Source: Balanoglossus misakiensis
Taxonomy: Eukaryota; Animalia; Hemichordata
Length of the DNA: 64,000 nucleotides
Assembly: GCA_040954595.2 (NCBI GenBank)
Contig: CM082577.2
Coordinates: forward strand, 19,566,303-19,630,302
Reading direction: 5' to 3'
Shown: one piece after another, positions 51,395 to 64,000 of the stretch
Layout: each line of letters begins with the position of its first letter
Position numbering within the stretch: the stretch's first letter is position 1
The notes under the pieces: generated by a model
What the model was told of the DNA's origin: nothing
The model's database searches: none
The model's input: the letters and a program-made list of their open reading frames with translations, nothing else
Translations under genes and position numbers: made by a program

Positions 51395-51891
51395 TAATCA
51401 CATGACTTCCTTAAACCTGTATAGTAATCAGTCTAATGATATACTTCCTATAGTATTAAAATGTCAATTAAATGATGATTGTAGATTATTATTTAACTTG
51501 TAAGTCGTACTTTATCTTCAAAAATAATATTTAGATCATATATCCAGGTCTTAAAAATCATCTGAAACGTATTCTGGCAAATTGGTTACACGAACACCTG
51601 TTAGGGTGACCCTTTTTTTCTTTGTTACTCATCTCCAGAGGAATACTCAGGAAGGGCGGGCGGGTGAAATAAAAAAAAGTACCCCCCCAAAAAAAACTTT
51701 GTTTCTGTTCAATGTTTTATCCATTCAGCCTCTACAAGTTTTAAGTACAAACAAATGTGTATTTGTTTCAGTTCAATGTTATGGCTGTTCAGTCATTGTA
51801 ATTTCTTATCTTGCAGTCCAGTGTTCTGTGCTCTCTGTCCTTTCATTCTCTACAATTTCTTTCCTTTCCTCCGGCCTCGATGGCTTCAGCC

Positions 51892-53110
51892 CAATCTGAT
51901 TAAAATCAGATGTAGGGAACGGCGACTTGGTTTTTTTATGCTGTCGCCTCACACTACATCTGACCAACTCTCAATGGAGATCCCGCTGAACTCTACGAGA
52001 TTTACTGGGAGAATAAACCAATCAGAAGGCGCCTTATAGCAAATGATAGGCAACCCACAATCACATGACCTGGCCCCTTGCGGTTGTTACCATGGAGCTA
52101 CCACAGACATATATCCCGGGCACGAGAGTCGAATCAGCGTGGGGAATGGTTTCGAGCCAGTTCAGCGTGACGACTGAACCTCTATATTCCACCGGTCAAC
52201 GAAATGTATAAGACGTGGCAACAAGTCGCAGTAAAATTGTTAGAGAATCGATTACATTTGTGTAAGGCCGTCCCAGGGAGAGATTCTGTCGCCACGATCG
52301 TTTGGGTACCGACCGACTGCACAGCGCACTGACTTGACTAGCTCTGCGTGCAGGTCTGTATGTTCCCGGCGTTACACAGACGTTAGAAGAAGTTAATCGC
52401 ATCATAGTTGGGGTCGGTTGAAGTAGACAGGGAAAGGATTTTGCCTGATAAAATCGAATTTCGTCAGAAAAAGCTGCGGTCGGGCGTCCGGACCACGGAC
52501 GCACCAGTTTTGTCTATGGGGTCTTATGCAGGGCCTTGGTGCGTCGGGAACACACAGACCTGAACGCGGAGCTATGACTTGACATTCTTAGCCGAAGTTT
52601 AGCGTTCTTTTAAAAAATCTGTCACATAAATTGTTTTGGGATACATGGCAGTGAAATTTGGTTTATTTTTTATAAACTTTTACATGAAGTACGTCATTTT
52701 CCAGACTGGCAGCATGACTACGAGGGTGAACATGACGACTTGTTAGGAGAGTTTATAAATGATCAACGACAGTTCATCATTTGTATATGGCTACAGCTCG
52801 ACGTTGCACTGCTCTGCGAAAACCACTCGCATACGATGATGTCAAACAAAGAAAGATATCATGGGATTACATGTAATTGTTCACAAGAGAAAGCCAATCT
52901 GTCGTATTCTGTGCGATACTCGAAGTCAACAACAAAATTTCTCCCATCTCCCAGTGCAATTCTTTAGTCGGCATAACACGCAATCTGATTGGCCGGGTCG
53001 GAATGCGCGATTTCAGCGGGATCTCCATTGAGAGTTGGTCAGATGTAGTGTGAGGCGACAGCATAAAAAAACCAAGTCGCCGTTCCCTACATCTGATTTT
53101 AATCAGATTG
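51892..53110. mobile_element. Non-autonomous TIR element with 9-bp TSD (Academ- or MULE-like)
   Basis: TIRs of about 100 bp (CAATCTGATT...AATCAGATTG) and TSD gcttcagcc on both sides. Confidence 0.75.
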
Positions 53111-54683
53111 GCTTCAGCCATGAATGACAGACGCTGGTCCGACACGACCGCCATGATGAATATGACGTCATTTTTTGCAGACTGATCTGCAAAATCTCAC
53201 AATTTGCCGTTGGTGGCACTGTTGCTAGGATGATCTCCTCAGGCTCAGAGTCGGCGCAAATAAATGCATGCGGTTTTAAAGAAATATTGAATATTTCTGA
53301 TATCAGAATTGAATAAAAGTTGCACATATATATGTATGTGTTATGAAATTATATCCTAAATTTCAAAGCAATCAGAGAAAAAATGTTTCAAGACAAAAAT
53401 CAACAAAAATTGCCCCAAGAACACAAATTTCACCAATATTTTACAAAACAATATTTGTTCATAGAGGCAAAAACAGAAATGTGTAAATATCCCATAATAG
53501 TACAATGTCTTACCTCTGTCACCATAAAGAAGTTTCATAGAAAACAATTTTTGACAAAAATTGCAAAAAATGCACCAAGAGCACAATAATGGAAATTTCA
53601 CCATAGTGTTACAACACCTTATGTTGGTTATCCCCAGAAACATGCCTACCAAATTTCTAAGGAATATAACAAGCGGTTTTAGAGAAAATGATTTTTGACC
53701 AAATATCCCCAAAATTACAAATATGCAAATTCTGTAACAAATTGCCCCAAAATGACTTAAATTACCTATCAGTATAGGAAGCTTCATACTAAATTTTAAA
53801 GCAATTGGCCCATGACTTTCAGAAAAAAAATTTTTTTACCTAAAATATTGAAAAAGACTAAAAAATTCATAAAAAATAAAACATCCATGATATTAACTAA
53901 ACACTTACAGGTCGATGTGAGGTTCCCATAAGGTCCCATGGTATATGGTATATATACCTATACAAATGGGACCTAAATACAAAAAAATGCATATTAGGCC
54001 AGGAAGAAAAAATAAATTGTTCATCGGAATCGCCGCTTCTACTTTGGCTGATTTGGAATTTTTTTTTTTTTTTTGATCTCGGCAAATTCTACTTCCGCAT
54101 TACAAATATTCTTAGTACTGCCGCTGGTGGCCAGAATATGTTGTGCAAACACCAACTGTAAATGTAATGGCATATGTTATTGTTGGGAAATATAGTATTG
54201 AATTCAGTTACAAGTACATGTATCAGTGTTTTTGTCTGAGATATTTCTGGTAAAAAGGGAAACAATTATCTCGCCATGTATCTGTACAAATATGCCAGAG
54301 AACCGCATTTACCTTCGGCCTAAAAAAAAATGTTTTAATTTTTTTTCCGCTCGCCGCTCCTGGAACTAGGTCCAAAAAATCCAATGAACAAGATTTTTAT
54401 TCTCTCTGGCCTAAAAAATAGGAAATCGATAATATTAGCTCAAAACATACAGGACTGTATGAGGTTGACATAAGGTACATGTATACCATTTTTCAAATCA
54501 ATATGACCAGTGGTTGTCGAGTTTTTGAGTTTTGACCAATTTCACATTTTCCCAGCTAATTTGCATATTTTTGGCAATGACAACTTCATTTGAACAAACT
54601 CCCATCTACAGCCCCGCCTGCATCTACACACCAAATATCGAGGTCATACGCGCTGCGGTTTTCAAGATTTTGATGTGGACGGA

Positions 54684-54812
54684 CATCCATCCATCCATCC
54701 ATCCATCCATCCATCCATCCATACATACAGACAGACAGACAGACATACATACATACATACATACATACATACATACATACATACATACATACATACATAC
54801 ATACAGACAGAC
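54684..54812 (+). repeat. Compound (CATC)/(CAGA)/(CATA) microsatellite inside a family B element
   Basis: Read directly from the sequence. Confidence 0.95.
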
Positions 54813-55833
54813 GCAACCGATCCCATAAGGTCCCATGGTGCGGCATGTTTCGATTTTAGTTGTTCTGGGGTCACTCTGTAATTCGGTCATTTTTGCAAAG
54901 AAAACATGTTTTTCCAACAAAAACCACACATATATGTAGTTTAGATATAATTTTGGCCATTTTATCAATTTGAGTCATTCAACTGCCGTCCTTGCTTGTT
55001 ATAAAAAAAGCGCGGGACTTTCGCATGCCACTTCTGCCTGCGTGTAAGACAGAACGTTGAGGGCGTCACCAGAACTAGAAAACTAGGCAATAAACGGTCA
55101 AATGGCTGACCTGCGTTCGGGCTGATATACTATAATTAAAGTTGAATCTCGAGACATTGACTTAAAATAACATGCAGGCAGTTAAACTGATTCGAGCTAG
55201 ATATCAATTATAACAGTCAGTACAGCAATGACGATGTTAATTAACTTATGCGTCTTGCACCAAGATGCAATCCGGGACTATACTTCATGCCCTATTGCAC
55301 AATGATCAATTCTCAAACTACGCTGAAATTGTTGATGAAGTGCGCAAGGAACCACAAATCCTCCTATTCTAGAAGTTCATGCTTTGCGTGAACTAAACAC
55401 ATGAAGATGACAATTTAAAGAATGGAAACCCGATGGAAAAAAATTAAAATAGATGAAATGTGAAACCAAACATTAACAACTTTAATTCTGCTTTTCACTG
55501 GCTAGTTCTAAAAGCATTATCAACAAGAAACTTACGCTTGTGTGTGGTACCTGATGACCCACAGGAACTCTAAGAGAGATGATGCCATTTGGTGACAACA
55601 CTGTAAAAGACAAAAAGACTATTAATGTACAGGATTCATGATTGGATGATTGGATCCTATTAATGGAGTTGATGGCAAAATGTACTCTTCAATCTAAGGC
55701 CAAATAAAAAATGTGCTGTTCAGATTACCCGACCTACCCTAATTTTAACCCATCGACCCTAAACATTTTAGAGCTTCGTAAACCGGGAAGTAAAAATAAT
55801 GATGTGAAATATACAAAATGTATGCAAGAACTA

Positions 55834-57092
55834 CCGGGGTTTACTGAGAGTTCGCCCACCCGAAAGGGCGCCCACGGGCCATTATTTGGGGGGGGGGGGC
55901 CATTATTTGGAATTACGGTTTCACTTTGGACTTGGTCAGTGACATTTCACTTTGACCAACCCACTGGAAAAAAAGTCAAGGAAAACGTCAAGGTCTCAAA
56001 TTTTTGGTGCAGTGCTTATGATCATACCTCCCTATCAACCGTACTAAATATGTAAGTGGAATGGTCCAGAAGAATGCACCGTCAACTGTAGTAGCAGTTT
56101 ATTACCCAAGGCCGCGTGTTCACATGATTTTACGAACAATTTTGTTTTTGGAGGCCTAATTTTCAGTTGAAAATGAACATCGCATCTCGATTGTCAGTCG
56201 ACGCGATCGCGATGATCGAGCGAGAAAAGTCCTAGTAGGTGATTAGTAGCCTTGACGAAGGTGGTGAGGGTCACGCGTACGGGCAAAGCACTTCGTCTAG
56301 CCTCGAGTAGACATGTACGTTTCGATGAGTCTGGGCGACACGTTCTTTGAAGCAATAATGTAGGATATTTTCGATATTTTTGGAAACCGGACATTTAGTT
56401 GTGCACAGAGTTCGTACTTCCACTCATACTTTGTCAGTTTTGAGACAATACATACCTCAAGTGTCCTAAGCCAGGCAGACCACCTCAGTGACGACATCGG
56501 CAGTATTTGCAGTAGTGCACTGATAGCGCCGGCGAAATTTAGGCAGCAATGCGAGGTTTTTTTTGTCGGACTCTGATTTGAGGGTTTTTGAATATGTTAG
56601 TTTGAACGTTTCAAGACAATTTTATGAAACCGTGTTGCAATGTCAGTTTGTTCCAATGCCAATTTGTATGAATGTGTAATTGTAAATATTTTATTTTCAT
56701 GAATATGTGTTATTGCATTGAAATATATTGTGCCATATCATCAATTGTTGTGTGTGTGTGTACGCGCGTGTCTTATCTGGGATCAAGGATCCTGAACAAA
56801 AATCACTACATTTTGTCGGCTTTAGGTGCAAGTGAAATAGTCAAACGTCGGCAGTGGGAAACTGTTGGAAAAGAAAAACACGTTCAAGAAAAGTGTTTCA
56901 CAACACTGTACCCTTTTTTTATCATCATTCAAACTGTCAACTAAAATATACTTCTGCATTTAGCTAAATGGCAGATAAACTTTTCTGTCGATTAACGGCC
57001 CAGGGTGGTTAATTAGCTACACATGTACACATGTACACCAATGTAGCCATTTTCTGTATAACGGCCTTGGGCGAACTCTCAGTAAACCCCAG
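55834..57092. mobile_element. TIR element with TA TSD
   Basis: ggggtttactgagagttcgccca...tgggcgaactctcagtaaacccc with TA flanks. Confidence 0.7.
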
Positions 57093-57470
57093 TATGACAA
57101 AATTGAGCACATCACGTGAGAACTACATCATTCTAAAATATGGCTATAAGATGTTGGTGATAAACCTATCATAGCCTATCATAATGTCGTTTCAATGACA
57201 ACACGCCCGCTTTACCGTACTGTCATCTCATGTCATGTACTGTCCCTATCATAATGTCATTTCATGTCAATCCCACTGACAACACACTTAGTTGGGCTAT
57301 AAGCTGCACTGATAAAGGCTGAGAAACGACTGCTATTGTGTTAGGCCCTAACAACTGAGATCGTGATATGTACCAGCAGACAAATAGACATGTTGGTGAA
57401 GCTATAAACAAGTTCAAGTTCAATATAAAGTACATTCCTTCTTGTTGAATTATGAAAACTTGAAGATATA

Positions 57471-58350
57471 CCGTACTTGTCCGGGTAAGAGCCCCGGGTG
57501 CTGGGCCCATAGATTAGCGAAAAAACAGGGGGGGGGGGGGCTTTAGCCCGGACGCAACCTCGACATTTATGCAAATGACGGCCTAGGGACACGAGGAAGG
57601 GGTGAATAATGATGCAAATAACATGGCCAAACATTTCACGGTCAAACAATGTATTTATTAAATAATAAAAAGTTTTTTACCCATAAATCAAATACAGAAA
57701 ACATATTACAGTCGCCGCCGTTTAATCGGGACACCATGGGCGCAGACAAAACATCCCGTTTAACCGGGACATTGGTAAATGGTCGACCCTTAGACGTCGA
57801 CGGACGGACGCACGTAAATACATCTATCTTAATCGTGGCAATCATGCCTTTCTCTACCAGAATTTTTGAGTGGTTCATTCTCCGAGTCCAAGTCGGGATC
57901 TTCCAATGTTGGGTGTTTCGCGTCGAGGACGGACTGAAGCAGCTCCACGCGGCCGCTTTGGAAAGCTCCCCGGTGACCTCACACGCGGCAGCGCGTCCAT
58001 CTACGTGAACGTTGAATTCGAGGCACGGTTCCGAGGGACCTGTCTGAGGTCATGTTTTCTAGAGCGGCTATATATAACTCAGCGTGGCCAGTCGGCCGCG
58101 GTGGGTACGATAATCAGCGCGAAAGTAAATCATCATACATTTTTTTTTCACGTTTAGTGACTTTGGAGATGAAAATCCGCCTTTTTTGAATTGCACTTTA
58201 TTAAATTTCCAAGAATTTAATGGATCTTCGGCCGGGGGTGGGGGGGGGGGGTGGGGCTTTAGACCGGATATGGCCTCGATCTTCAAATGGGCCCTAAAAC
58301 CAGGGGGGGGGCGTTTGTCCGAGCAGGGGTTCTTACCCGGGCAAGTACAG
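57471..58350. mobile_element. Tc1/pogo-like MITE (TA TSD)
   Basis: Third copy of the same family, flanked by TA. Confidence 0.85.
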
Positions 58351-58656
58351 TAGTGAAGGAAACTTATAAGAAAACCATACATGCTTTTCAAGTTTTGATG
58401 CAGGTGGCCAAGAGTTTGCAACATGAGGGAATTGTTATTGTGGAGGCAGACAACTTGACTGTCGAAGATTTGTGCTTCAGCCATTTTGGTTTCTATGACA
58501 TTGTAATAAACTACACACTTCAATTCTACTGATGTATATTTATTTAAATATATCAGTATTTAATCTGAGTGTGTTTCATCACAGACCCTGCTGGGTCTAT
58601 GGTTTCATGAGGGAATTGTTTGTTTGAACACATACAAAATGTACATTGGGAAATTA

Positions 58657-60180
58657 AAAAATAGCGTCAAGGACACTGTGGACCCATTTGAGGACATAGC
58701 ACATAGCAACATAGCAATAAGCATATCTGCTATGGATGCCAAGATATGGAAAAGTAGGTCAAAGGTCACCTGAGGACATGCAAAATTTGGGCAAGAAATT
58801 TTGACCCTATACTGGTCCATGTTCAACAAAAACCAAACCTATAGCCCTATTGGTTAGCCTGGAATTAGGTATGCACATAATTAATGAGATATGCAGGTGT
58901 CACAGGTGACCCCCAATTTTGGCTTTTCAATTTTAGTCCCAACCCTCCAAACGCGAAGTCTGTACCTGCTCTGGATGCCAAGATATGATAAAGTAGGTCA
59001 AAGGTCACCTGAGGTCATGCAAAATTTGGGCAAGAAATTTTGACCTTATACTGGTCCATGTTAAATAAAAACCAAACCTATAGCCTTATTGGTTAACCTG
59101 GAATTAGGTATGCACATAATTAATGAGATATGCAGGTGTCACAGGTGACCCCCAATTTTGGCTTTTCAAATTTAGTGCCAACCCTCCAAACGCCAAGTCT
59201 GTACCTGCTCTGGATGCCAAGATATGGTTAAGTAGGTCAAAGGTCACCTGAGGTCATGCAAAATTTGGGCAAGAAATTTTGACCCTATACTGGTCCATGT
59301 TCAACAAAAACCAAACCTATAGCCTTATTGGTTAGCCTGGAATTAGGTATGCACATAATTAATGAGATATGCAGGTGTCACAGGTGACCCCCAATTTTGG
59401 CTTTTCAATTTTAGTCCCAACCCTCCAAACGCCAAGTCTGTATCTGCTCTGCATGCCGAGATATAGGAAAGTAGGTCAAAGGTCACCTGAGGTCACCCAA
59501 AATTTGGGCAAGAAATTTTGACCCTATACTGGTCCATGTCCCACAAGAACGAAACCTCTAGCCCTGTTAGTTAGCCCGGAATTAGGTATGCACATAATTA
59601 ATGTGTTAAGCAGGTGTTACAGGTGAGCCCAAAAATTTGCCTTTTATTTTGGCCCCATTGTGCTCACTGACCAATAGACAGTCACTGTACAGGACTATTG
59701 CACAGACCAGAATTGCACAATAAGACGTGGACATAGCTTAACCATAGAGGTATAAGTAAAGGTATAAATTTAATAAAAATACTAAAAAATTCATAAAAAA
59801 TAAAACATCCATGATATCAACTTAACACTTACAGGTCGATGTGAGGTTGACATAAGGTACATGCATACCAATTTTTAAAGCAATCTGACGAGTAGTTGTT
59901 GACTTACAGAGTTTTGATAAATTTCACATTTTTTCAGCTAATTTGCATATTTTTGGGCCTGGCAACTTCGTTTGGACATACTCCCATCTACAGCCCTGCC
60001 TGCACCTACACACCAAATATTGAGGTGATACGCGCAGCGGTTTTCAAGTTTTTGATGTGGACGGACATACAGACATACATCCATACATACATCCATCCAT
60101 CCATCCATACATACATACATACAGACGCAACCCATCCCATAAGGTCCCATGGTATATAGGCCTATACCAATGGGACCTAA
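58657..60180 (+). mobile_element. Chimeric Helentron-like element (family B ends, family A 239-bp tandem core)
   Basis: 5' gcgtcaaggacac, about four 239-bp units (58734-59640), (cata/catc)n, and 3' hairpin aggtcccat..atgggacct. Confidence 0.65.
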
Positions 60181-60770
60181 AAATCGCGTCAAGGACACGG
60201 TGGTCCCATTGAGTTATTACACAAGAAAAAGTCTACACCGGAGTACATGGCCATATACAGACAGACAGACACACACATAGCTAGAGATCAATAGGCAAGC
60301 ACTGACTGACCGATAAGCTGCCAATGGCATAAGTACTGCACATACACTAAATGGAACAGCTGGCCTCTTTAAAACTTAGCCAGTTATGTAATCATTCAGG
60401 ATTCTACTGTGTAAATCAATCACAGAGGGAACTTCCTGCCTAATTAAAACAACTCAATAAAGTAAAGACACACCACTTTGCAAAGCAATCTGACCAGTAG
60501 TTCTTGAGTTACTGAGTTTTGACCAAATTCTCATTTTTCCAGCTAATTTGCATATTTTTGGCGATGACACCTTCATTTGAACAAACTCCCATCTACAGCC
60601 CAGCCTGCATCTGCACACCAAATATCAAGGTGATACACGCAGCGGTTTTCAAGTTTTTGATGTGGACGGACATACATCCATACATACATCCATATATATA
60701 TCCATCCATACATACATACAGACGCAACCGATCCCATAAGGTCCCATGGTATATACCAATGGGACCTAAA
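60181..60770 (+). mobile_element. Helentron-like element, family B (head-to-tail with the previous element)
   Basis: Same 5' motif and 3' hairpin. Other pieces lie at 29279-29472, 44760-45070, 53856-53978 and 54430-54840. Confidence 0.65.
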
Positions 60771-61051
60771 AACATGCCAGACTTTTTAGACAAAGTGATA
60801 ATTTATCACCAACTCTTTTTTCATTTTTCATAGACAATTGTGTTGCTGACTCAAAATTCTTTAAATTGCGGTATTACTGTAGAAGATAACTATTATAATT
60901 GCATTATTGCATTTTGCTACAGCTTTAGCCAATAGCAAACAGAGCTCTTGGAGCTCTAGTATCAACGTTGCGGCCTAGCTGGTAACATGCCAACATCAGA
61001 TTCTTTAGCCCGAATAAGTATAAAGGGCTATGGTTAGAATATATCATTTAA

Positions 61052-61604
61052 GGTGGCATTGCATGAAACCGTCGGGACTTTTTCAGAGGCCTATTTCTCA
61101 TCAAAGACAACGTTAAAACCATACATATTCTGACAGCTGAGTTTTTGAACTTTTGTGTGAGTTGCATATTTTATTGACCCCAGAAATGGCGAGGTTTTGG
61201 GATTAAAAACCCCATTTTTGATATGATGTCATTCAATGTGAATTAGGTAAAAAAGTTGACCATGCATCTTGCATCTTAATAATAATATGCCATTCGAAAC
61301 TAGAGTACACGTGTAAATTAACGACAATGTTAAAATTTGAGCAAATTCGGCCAACGCAGAGCGAAGCTAAATTCTTCTGAAGTTGTCAAAAGCAGGGTAA
61401 AATGCAAACCGAGAAAACGGCAATTTGCATTGTTGACACTTATTTCTTAAGCTGCGGACTCATTCAGAAAAGTGCTATTTTTGGGTGATTATGTACCATT
61501 TCCGCCAAGACGCATTTGTCCGAATGTGGGTCAGTAGTAGACCTACCAATTTATGTAAAAAAGAAAAAACTGGTAAAAATCACAACTTTTCATGCAATAT
61601 CACA
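61052..61604. mobile_element. Kolobok-like MITE
   Basis: TTAA flanks and TIR ggtggcattgcatgaaa / tttcatgcaatatcaca. Confidence 0.55.
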
Positions 61605-64000
61605 TTAAATCAATAACTAATTAGCATGACACTGGTAAATGTCTCCCAGTACATTCAGATCTCCGTTAGATAAATATCTGTACTTTTTTTCTTAAAGAAC
61701 ATGCATTCAATTCAATAGTATATCACTAATTAGAGATATTAACTAAGCAAATTTGCAGTTTATTGATTGTTGATGACTGTGCACCTTATGCTGTGTCTCT
61801 GAATGAAGTTTTATACCATGAATAAGTGTGAAAACAATACATCTGGCAAGTTTCATCAAATTTGGCTCAGTATCTCTTGATTTTTAAAGATAATTAAACA
61901 TGTTCGTTAAATTAGCGATTAGTTAATATGATACTGCTAACTGTCACATGACTTAGTCAGATCTGGGTCAGATCAATGACTGAAGCAAGTTTAATCACAT
62001 TCAGTGCATTATTATCACATTTAGTGCATTATTTTCAGAAATAAAGTAAACAGAACAGTCATTAAATAAGCAAATTTGCATTGTATTAAATAGAAACTGG
62101 CAGTGTTTATAAATGCAGCATAATTGATGTACAGACAGTTTGTCTGACTATTTTAATTAAATTTGGGGTAGTAACTCGGCATATCACCATTTCTAGCATG
62201 TTTCATCAAATTTGATACATTTATTTCAGAAATATACAAATGTAGAAAAGTTCATAAAAATATGCAAATAAGCAGTAATTTGATTAAAATCTGTAAGTTC
62301 TTACTAAATGCAGTTTAATTGATATGAAAATATCTGGCGAGATTCATCAGATTTGGTGCATGATCACTGGATCGTATCAGGCTAATTGATCAAAGTCATT
62401 AAATGTGCAAATTAGCCATTAATTAACATGTCATTGTTAAAATTCTCATAACACAGCCACATGTCGGTCAGATCAATATAACCGTCATAACCTCGTGAGA
62501 TTGCTATCTGTAGATGGTTTCATCAAATTTGGTGCAGTAATTCTCTGTTTTTGACAATGCTATTATGTTGCCTTCCATAGAGAACCATGTAACAGAAAAA
62601 TCAAAACCCTGCTAACTTCATTAAAATGCAAGCCCCACCCACCAAAATCTAATCAGCGTTTGCCACTTGGAGACTGAACCAGCGTACCAAATTTGCTTGA
62701 ATCTGTTCAGCCGTTCTTGAGATAGCATGCACACTGACAGACAGACAGACGCACACAGACACACACACAGAAAAGGCGGCGACATAAGAATTAAATTGGA
62801 CAATATTTTCATTCAGCCTTCAAACTACATCATGTTCATTTACTTCTCATGTTACCAGACACATCACATAACTTGCATGTTTATTTGCTTCATGCCCTCT
62901 GAAAGTTTGTAAGTCAGGAAAATGAGATGAAAATTATTGACCATGATTAAATAGATTTGTCTGACTTAGGGACTGTCTAGAATTTACTTCCAGGGGTGGG
63001 GGGGGGGGCACCCATTTTCCCCAAGAAAAATTAGGGGGGGGGGGGCAGACATAAAAATTACAATCCTTTAGGGGGCCATGTAAAAAACCCTCACAAATTC
63101 AATATTTGCCCTGAAGTACTGATTTATAAGAAACAAACCCTCATGGCTACCTGGATGACAGATGTGTATTAAATCTTCATAAGCTGGAATTTCGGGTAAT
63201 TTTTACGGTGGTTTATTTTGTATATCTAGTACAGTTTCTTGTTCTACTACTCTGTGAAGCATAATAAAATGTCCAACTTATTTGGCCTGCCAGCACAGAC
63301 CATACATGTATATGTACAATGAACAGTCAGTGTTGTTACTGTTGATAACAAGGTGGTGAGGGTCACGACGTCACTTCCGGTTTAACCCGCTCTTAGTCAG
63401 CAAAACATGGTCGACCCAGCAGTGTCACGCATGTAGCTTTCTGTGCGCAATCGACTTATGTTTTCGTAGGTTATGTAAAGGAAACTCTGTTCGAACGAAA
63501 AACCAATCCAATTTTTATAAGTTCATGTATGTTAGCATCGTTCTGTGAGGAAAGTACTATCGATTTTGTTCCGAGTCGCGATTTATTGGTGTTTTTTCAC
63601 TCCGTATGTCAGCTGGCATCATGGCGTACTGTTGCCAACGATCGTACTCGGGCGACGTAGTTTGAAGTTAGCAGGCAGACTAAACAGCGGTCGCACAGCT
63701 TTGTTATTTGTATATTTTGAAAGACTAATATGTAATATGTGTGAAATTGCATGGGAGCCCCAAAGCGCCCCTTTTATTTTATCGATTTCACCGTATTTAG
63801 AAACTGTACTATCTCATAGGCGCCCAACATATTCCCTATCCGTATGTGAAGGCCGTGGTGATCGCAACTTACTGTAATACTAAATTTTAGAATAACCCTA
63901 TTACAGTCAACACGTTCCTGAAAAAGACCAACGACATTATGCTCACTTCGGTACCATTCCAGTGGCAGTAAAATTTTCTTTCAAGCACTTACATACGATT

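Noticed and set aside
52600-52900. Possible degraded helicase motifs inside the 51892-53110 element
   Set aside because: The similarity is too weak to support by eye.
54532-54968. Low-complexity ORFs (MYVC/HTYI repeats, also at 1021-1245, 13691-13915 and 33867-34070)
   Set aside because: They are translations of microsatellites.

Overview
This is repeat-dense eukaryotic DNA. The repeat types suggest an invertebrate deuterostome such as an acorn worm, echinoderm or lancelet, though that is inference. The only host gene I can support is the 3' end of TELO2 on the minus strand: three small coding exons at 47766-47881, 34619-34701 and 31995-32012, probably with a further exon starting at the window edge. 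The ORF track misses all of them. Two tyrosine-recombinase retrotransposons with different end architectures are present. One is a nearly full-length PAT-like element (19470-24938) with split direct repeats A1-gag-RT/RH/MTase-YR-B1A2-B2. The other is a decayed DIRS1-like element (about 38155-44558) with ITRs and an internal complementary region, hidden under five MITE insertions in a TELO2 intron. The rest is nested non-autonomous DNA transposons (Harbinger-, Tc1/pogo-, MULE-, hAT-, Kolobok-, Academ-, Helentron- and possibly Crypton-like), truncated LINEs, microsatellites and a 1.16-kb-arm inverted duplication. I found no CRISPR array, rRNA, tRNA or prokaryotic system. The most unusual structures are a stack of six covarying Helentron-like 3' hairpins, a splice acceptor in front of the YR ORF, and two tandem long-hairpin elements. 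All calls were made by eye without database searches.
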